From Eledone cirrhosa (Eukaryota), in contig OZ024744.1 in NCBI GenBank assembly GCA_964016885.1, positions 56,668,001-56,732,000 of the forward strand: a stretch of 64,000 nucleotides of DNA, written 5' to 3'. The notes beneath the pieces were generated by a model. That model was not told the DNA's origin. It was given only the letters and a program-made list of their open reading frames with translations, and made no database searches. Every line of letters begins with the position of its first letter. Within the stretch, counting starts at the first letter, position 1. The position numbers and the translations under genes are program-made. This document shows, piece after piece, positions 54,001 to 64,000 of the stretch.

Positions 54001-57000
54001 GTACCAACAGTAACCACACTACCAACACTGCCAACACTACCGATACTACCAACACTACCAACACTACCAACACTATCAACACTACCAACACTATCAACAC
54101 TACCAACACTACCAACACTACCAACACTACCCACACTACCAACACTACCAACACTACCAACACTACCAACACTACTAACACTACAAACACTATCAACACT
54201 ACCAACACTACCAACACTACCATCACTACCTACACTACCAACACTAGCCACACTACCAACACTACCAACACTACCAACACTACCAACACTACTAACACTA
54301 CAAACACTACCAACACTACCCACACTACCAACACTACCAACACTACCCACACTACCAACACTACCAACACTACCAACACTACCAGCACTACCAACACTAC
54401 CAACACTACCATCACTACCTACACTACCAACACTAGCCACACTACCAACACTACCAACACTACCAACACTACCAACACTACCAACACTACCAACACTAGC
54501 AACACTACCAACACTACCCACACTACCCACACTACCAACACTACCAACACTACCAACTCTACCAACACTACCAACACTACCAACACTACCAACACTACCC
54601 ACACTACCAACACTACCAACACTACCCACACTACCAACACTACCCACACTACCCACACTACCAACACTACCAACACTACCAACACTACCAACACTACCAA
54701 AACTACCCACACTACCCACACTACCCACAATACCAACACTACCAACACTACCAACACTACCAACACTACCAACACTGCCAACACTATCAACACTACCAAC
54801 ACTACCAACACTGCCAACACTACCCACACTACCAACACTACCAACACTACCAACACTACCCACACTACCAACACTACCAACACTACCAACACTACCAACA
54901 CTACCAACACTACCAACACCACCAACACTACCAACACTACCAACACTACCAACACTGCCAACACTATCAACACTACCAACACTACCAACACTACCAACAT
55001 AACCAACACTACCAACACTACCAACACTACCAACACTACCCACACTACCAACACTACCAACACTACCAACACTAACCACACTACCAACACTACCAACACT
55101 ACCCACACTACCAACACTACCAACACTACCAACACTATCAACACTACCAACACTATCAACACTACCAACACTACCAACACTACCAACACTACCCACACTA
55201 CCAACACTACCAACACTACCAACACTACCAACACTACTAACACTACCAACACTACCAACACTACCAACACTACCAACATTATCAACACTACCAACACTAC
55301 CAACACTGCCCACACTGCCAACACTACCAACACTACCAACACAACCAACACTACCAACACTACCAACACTACCAACACTACCCACACCATCAACACTACC
55401 AACACTACCAACAGTACCAACACTACCAACACTACCAACACTACCAACACTACCAACACTACCAACACTACCCACACTATCAACACTACCAACACTACCA
55501 ACACTACCAACACTACTAACACTACCAACACTGCCAACACTACCAACACTGCCAACACTACCCACATAACCAACACTACCAAAACTACCCACACTACCAA
55601 CACTAACAACACTACCAACACTACCAACACTACCAACACTACCAACACTACCAACACTGCCAACACTACCCACAATACCAACACTACCAACACTACCCAC
55701 ACTACCAACACTAACAACACTACCAACACAACCCACACTACCAACAGTACCAACAGTACCCACACTACCAACACTACCCACACTACCAACACTACCAACA
55801 CTATAAACACTACCAACACTACCAACACTACCCACACTACCAACACTGCCAACACTACCCACACTACCCACACTACCAACACTACCAACACTACCAACAC
55901 TATCAACACTATCAACACTATCAACACTACCAACACTACCAACACTACCAACACTACCCACACTACCAACACTACCAACACTACCAACACTACCAACACT
56001 AACAACACTACCAACACTACCAACACTACCAACACTACCAACACTACCAACACTACCAACACTACCAACACTAACAACACTACCCACACTACCAACACTA
56101 CCAACACTACCAACACTACCCACACTACCAACACTACCAACACTACCCACACTACCCACACTACCAACACTACCAACACTACCAACACTACCAACACTAC
56201 CAACACTACCAACACTACCAACACTACCCACACTACCAACACTACCAACAGTACCAACACTATCAACACTACCAACACTATCAACACTAACAACACTACC
56301 CACACTACCAACACTACCCACACTACCAACAGTACCCACACTACAAACACTACCAACACTATCAACACTACCAACACTATCAACACTACCAACACTACTA
56401 ACACTATCAACACTATCAACACTATCAACACTACCAACACTACCAACACTACCAACACTACCAACACTACCAACACTACCAACACTAACAACACTACCAA
56501 CACTACCAACACTACCAACTCTACCAACAGTACCCACACTACAAACACTACCAACACTACCCACACTACCCACACTACCAACACTACCAACACTATCAAC
56601 ACTACCAACACTACCAACACTGTCAACACTACCAACACTACCAACACTACCCACACTACCAACACTACCAACACTACCAACACTACCAGCACTACCAACA
56701 CTACTAACACTACCAACACTACCAACACTACCAACACTACTAACACTACCAACACTACCAACACTACCCACACTACCAACACTACCAACACTACCAATGC
56801 TACGAACACTACGAACACTACCAACACTACCCACACTACCAACACTACCAACACTACCAACACTACCAACACTACCAACACTACCAACACTACCCACACT
56901 ACCAACACTACCCACACTACCAACACTACCAACACTACCAACACTACCAACACTACCAACACTACCAACACTACCAACACTACCAACACTACCAACACTA

Positions 57001-60000
57001 CCCACACTACCAACACTACCAACACTACCAACACTACCAACACTACCAACACTACCAACACTACCCACACTACCAACACTACCCACACTACCAACACTAC
57101 CAACACTACCAACACTACCCACACTACCCACACTACCCACACTACCAACACTACCCACACTACCAACACTACCCACACTACCAACACTACCAACACTACT
57201 AACACTACCAACACTACCAACACTACCAACACTACCAACACTACCAACACTACCAACACTACCAACACTACCCACACTACCAACACTACCAACACTACCA
57301 ACACTACTCACACTATCAACACTACCCACACTACCAACACTACCAACACTACCAACACTACCCACACTACTAACACTACCAACACTACCAACACTACCAA
57401 CACTACCAACACTACCAACACTACTAACACTACCAACACTACTAACACTACCAACACTACCAACACTACCAACACTACCAACACTACCAACACTACTAAC
57501 ACTACCAACACTACCAACACTACCAACAGTACCAACACTACCAACACTACCAACACTACCAACAGTACCCACACTACCAACACTACCAACACTACCAACA
57601 CTACCAACACTACCAACACTACCAACACTACCAACACTACCAACACTACCCACACTACCCACACTACCAACACTACCAACACTACCCACACTACCCACAC
57701 TACCCACACTACCAACACTACCCACACTACCAACACTACCAACACTACCAACACTACCCACACTACTAACACTACCAACACTACCAACACTACCAACACT
57801 ACCAACACTACCAACACTACTAACACTACCAACACTACTAACACTACCAACACTACCAACACTACCAACACTACCAACACTACCAACACTACCAACACTA
57901 CCAACACTACCAACACTACCCACACTACCCACACTACCAACACTACCAACACTACCCACACTACCAAAACTACCAACACTACCCACACTACCAACACTAC
58001 CAACACTACCAACACTACCAACACTACCAACATTATCAATACTACCAACACTACCAACACTACCAACACTACCAACACTACCAAAACTACCAACACTACC
58101 CACACTACCAACACTACCAACACTACCAACACTACCAACACTACCAACACTACCAACACTACCAACACTACCAACAGTACCAACAGTACCCACACTACCA
58201 ACACTGCCAACACTACCAATACTACCAATACTACCAACACTACCAACACTACCAACACTACCAACACTACCAACAGTACCAACACTACCAACACTACCAA
58301 CACTACCAACACTACCAACACTACCAACACTACCAACACTACCAACAGTACCAACACTACCAACACTACCAACACTACCAACACTACCAACACTACCAAC
58401 ACTACCAACACTACCAACACTACCCACACTACCAACACTACCAACACTACCAACACTACCAACACTACCAACATTATCAATACTACCAACACTACCAACA
58501 CTACCAACACTACCAACAGTACCAACAGTACCCACACTACCAACACTGCCAACACTACCGATACTACCAACACTACCAACACTACCAACACTATCAACAC
58601 TACCAACACTATCAACACTACCAACACTACCAACACTACCAACACTACCCACACTACCAACACTACCAACACTACCAACACTACCAACACTACTAACACT
58701 ACAAACACTATCAACACTACCAACACTACTAACACTACCAACACTACCCACACTACCAACACTACCAACACTACCCACACTACCAACACTACCAACACTA
58801 CCAACACTACCAGCACTACCAACACTACCAACACTACCATCACTACCTACACTACCAACACTAGCCACACTACCAACACTACCAACACTACCAACACTAC
58901 CAACACTACCAACACTACCAACACTAGCAACACTACCAACACTACCCACACTACCCACACTACCAACACTACCAACACTACCAACTCTACCAACACTACC
59001 AACACTACCAACACTACCAACACTACCCACACTACCAACACTACCAACACTACCCACACTACCAACACTACCCACACTACCCACCCTACCAACACTACCA
59101 ACACTACCAACACTACCAACACTACCAAAACTACCCACACTACCCACACTACCCACAATACCAACACTACCAACACTACCAACACTACCAACACTACCAA
59201 CACTGCCAACACTATCAACACTACCAACACTACCAACACTGCCAACACTACCCACACTACCAACACTACCAACACTACCAACACTACCCACACTACCAAC
59301 ACTACCAACACTACCAACACTACCAACACTACCAACACTACCAACACCACCAACACTACCAACACTACCAACACTACCAACACTGCCAACACTATCAACA
59401 CTACCAACACTACCAACACTACCAACACTACCAACACTACCAACACTACCAACACTACCAACACTACCCACACTACCAACACTACCAACACTACCAAAAC
59501 TAACCACACTACCAACACTACCAACACTACCCACACTACCAACACTACCAACACTACCAACACTACCAACACTACCAACACTACCAACACTATCAACACT
59601 ACCAACACTACCAACACTACCAACACTACCCACACTACCAACACTACCAACACTACCAACACTACCAACACTACCAACACTACCAACATTATCAACACTA
59701 CCAACACTACCAACACTGCCCACACTGCCAACACTACCAACACTACCAACACTACCAACACTACCAACACTACCAACACTACCAACACTACCCACACCAT
59801 CAACACTACCAACACTACCAACAGTACCAACACTACCAACACTACCAACACTACCAACACTACCAACACTACCAACACTACCCACACTATCAACACTACC
59901 AACACTACCAACACTACCAACACTACCAACACTGCCAACACTACCCACATAACCAACACTACCAAAACTACCCACACTACCAACACTAACAACACTACCA

Positions 60001-63000
60001 ACACTACCAACACTACCAACACTACCAACACTACCAACACTGCCAACACTACCCACAATACCAACACTACCAACACTACCCACACTACCAACACTAACAA
60101 CACTACCAACACAACCCACACTACCAACAGTACCAACAGTACCCACACTACCAACACTACCCACACTACCAACACTACCAACACTATAAACACTACCAAC
60201 ACTACCAACACTACCCACACTACCAACACTGCCAACACTACCCACAATACCAACACTACCAACACTACCAACACTATCAACACTATCAACACTATCAACA
60301 CTACCAACACTACCAACACTACCAACACTACCCACACTACCAACACTACCAACACTACCAACACTACCAACACTAACAACACTACCAACACTACCAACAC
60401 TACCAACACTACCAACACTACCAACACTACCAACACTACCAACACTAACAACACTACCCACACTACCAACACTACCAACACTACCAACACTACCCACACT
60501 ACCAACACTACCAACACTACCCACACTACCCACACTACCAACACTACCAACACTACCAACACTACCAACACTACCAACACTACCAACACTACCAACACTA
60601 CCCACACTACCAACACTACCAACACTACCAACACTATCAACACTACCAACACTATCAACACTAACAACACTACCCACACTACCAACACTACCCACACTAC
60701 CAACAGTACCCACACTACAAACACTACCAACACTACCAACACTATCAACACTACCAACACTATCAACACTACCAACACTACCAACACTACCAACACTACC
60801 AACACTAACAACACTACCAACATTACCAACACTACCAACTCTACCAACAGTACCCACACTACAAACACTACCAACACTACCCACACTACCCACACTACCA
60901 ACACTACCAACACTATCAACACTACCAACACTACCAACACTGTCAACACTACCAACACTACCAACACTACCCACACTACCAACACTACCAACACTACCAA
61001 CACTACCAGCACTACCAACACTACTAACACTACCAACACTACCAACACTACCAACACTACTAACACTACCAACACTACCAACACTACCCACACTACCAAC
61101 ACTACCAACACTACCAATGCTACGAACACTACGAACACTACCAACACTACCAACACTACCAACACTACCAACACTACCAACACTACAAACACTACCAACA
61201 GTACCAACAGTACCCACACTACCAACACTACCCACACTACCAACACTACCAACACTATAAACACTACCAACACTACCAACACTACCCACACTACCAACAC
61301 TGCCAACACTACCCACAATACCAACACTACCAACACTACCAACACTATCAACACTATCAACACTATCAACACTACCAACACTACCAACACTACCAACACT
61401 ACCCACACTACCAACACTACCAACACTACCAACACTACCAACACTAACAACACTACCAACACTACCAACACTACCAACACTACCAACACTACCAACACTA
61501 ACAACACTACCCACACTACCAACACTACCAACACTACCAACACTACCCACACTACCAACACTACCAACACTACCCACACTACCCACACTACCAACACTAC
61601 CAACACTACCAACACTACCAACACTACCAACACTACCAACACTACCAACACTACCCACACTACCAACACTACCAACACTACCAACACTATCAACACTACC
61701 AACACTATCAACACTAACAACACTACCCACACTACCAACACTACCAACACTACCAACACTACCAACACTACCAACACTACCAACACTACCAACACTACCA
61801 ACACTACCAACATTATCAATACTACCAACACTACCCACACTACCAACAGTACCCACACTACAAACACTACCAACACTACCAACACTATCAACACTACCAA
61901 CACTATCAACACTACCAACACTACTAACACTATCAACACTATCAACACTATCAACACTACCAACACTACCAACACTACCAACACTACCAACACTACCAAC
62001 ACTAACAACACTACCAACACTACCAACACTACCAACACTACCAACAGTACCCACACTACAAACACTACCAACACTACCCACACTACCCACACTACCAACA
62101 CTACCAACACTATCAACACTACCAACACTACGAACACTACCAACACTACCAACACTACCAACACTACCAACACTACCAACACTACCCACACTACCCACAC
62201 TACCAACACTACCAACACTACCAACACTACCCACACTACCCACACTACCCACACTACCAACACTACCAACACTACCAACACTACCCACACTACCAACACT
62301 ACCAACACTACCAACACTACCAACACTACCAACACTACCAACACTACCAACACTACCCACACTACCCACACTACCAACACTACCAACACTACCAACACTA
62401 CCAACACTACCCACACTACCAACACTACCAACACTACCAACACTACCAACACTACCAACACTACCAACACTACCAACACTACCAACACTACCCACACTAC
62501 GCACACTACCATCACTACCAACACTACCAACACTACCAACACTACCAACAATACCCACACTACCAACACTACCCACACTACCCACACTACCAACACTACC
62601 AACACTACCAACACTACCAACACTACCCACACTACCAACACTACCAACACTACCAACACTACCAACACTACCAACACTACCAACACTACCAACACTACCC
62701 ACACTACCCACACTACCAACACTACCAACACTACCAACACTACCCACACTACCAACACTACCCACACTACCCACACTACCAACACTACCAACACTACCAA
62801 CACTACCAACACTACCAACACTACCAACACTACCAACACTACCAACACTACCAACAGTACCAACAGTACCCACACTACCAACACTACCAACACTACCAAC
62901 AGTACCCACACTACAAACACTACCAACACTACCCACACTACCCACACTACCAACACTACCAACACTATCAACACTACCAACACTACGAACACTACCCACA

Positions 63001-64000
63001 CTACCCACACTACCAACACTACCAACACTACCAACACTACCAACACTACCAACACTACCAACACTACCAACACTACCAACACTACCAACACTACCAACAC
63101 TGCCAACACTATCAACACTACCAACACTACCAACACTACCCACACTACCAACACTACCAACACTACCAACACTACCAACACTACCCACACTACCAACACT
63201 ACCAACACTACCAACACTAACCACACTACCAACACTACCAACACTACCAACACTAACCACACTACCAACACTACCAACACTACCAACACTACCAACACTA
63301 CCCACACTACCAACACTACCAACACTACCAACACTACCAACACTACCCACACTACCAACACTACCAACACTACCAACACTAACCACACTACCAACACTAC
63401 CAACACTACCCACACTACCAACACTACCAACACTACCAACACTATCAACATTACCAACACTATCAACACTACCAACACTACCAACACTACCAACACTACC
63501 CACACTACCAACACTACCAATACTACCAACACTACCAACACTACTAACACTACCAACACTATCAACACTACCAACACAACCAACACTACCCACACTACCA
63601 ACACTACCAACACTACCCACACTACCAACACTACCAACACTACCAACACTACCAACACTACCAACAGTACCCACACTACCAACACTACCATCACTACCAA
63701 CACTACCAACACTACCCACACTACCAACACTACCAACACTACCAACACTACCAACACTACCAACACTACTAACACTACCAACACTACCAACACTACCAAC
63801 ACTACCAACACTACCAACACTACCAACACTACCAACACTACTAACACTACCAACACTACCAACACTACCAACACTACCAACACTACCAACACTACCAACA
63901 TTATCAACACTATCAACACTACCAACACTGCCCACACTGCCAACACTACCAACACTACCAACACTACCAACACTACCAACACTACCAACACTACCAACAC
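51020..64000. repeat. 9-bp tandem satellite (ACACTACCA)n with variant units and multi-kb internal duplications; runs past window end
   Basis: Consensus CCAACACTA with common variants CCCACACTA, TCAACACTA and CTAACACTA. The giant LPT, GSV and VVL ORFs are its translations. Confidence 0.98.

Noticed and set aside
51060-63935. 4291-aa (GSV)n ORF and the (LPT)n / (VVL)n ORFs as a giant structural or mucin-like protein
   Set aside because: GGT, AGT and GTT cannot become stop codons by a single substitution, so an open frame is expected from the satellite alone. There is no unique domain or splice evidence.
51020-64000. Telomeric repeat
   Set aside because: The unit TGGTAGTGT is not TTAGGG-like, is heterogeneous, and nothing shows a chromosome end.

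Overview
This is AT-rich, repeat-dominated eukaryotic DNA with no recognisable host gene. The mix of RTE LINEs, SINEs and (TA)n arrays suggests an invertebrate, probably an octopus or other cephalopod (inference). Bases 1-1028 hold the left end of a decayed piggyBac. From about 6.5 to 46.2 kb lies a nest of long (TA)n arrays containing about 14 copies or fragments of at least three RTE-clade LINE families. Where that region is retained, the LINE RT carries an in-frame C4HC3 PHD-type finger. The nest also holds two Penelope-like elements (PLEs; RT plus GIY-YIG) with inverted pseudo-LTRs, and several short non-coding islands that each carry a hammerhead-ribozyme (HHR) motif. Other contents are tRNA-derived SINEs, two piggyBac-type MITEs, CRE-like and Tigger-like fragments, a 200-N gap, and a 9-bp satellite (ACACTACCA) running from about 51 kb to the window end. 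The most interesting signals are: (i) about ten HHR loci from several families, some retrozyme-like; (ii) two independent PLE-type fold-backs where the only substitution I could see between the arms is at the same HHR catalytic U (U16.1); (iii) the PHD finger inside the RT; (iv) a mosaic SINE built from two different LINE families. All comparisons were made by eye, and boundaries inside TA arrays are approximate.
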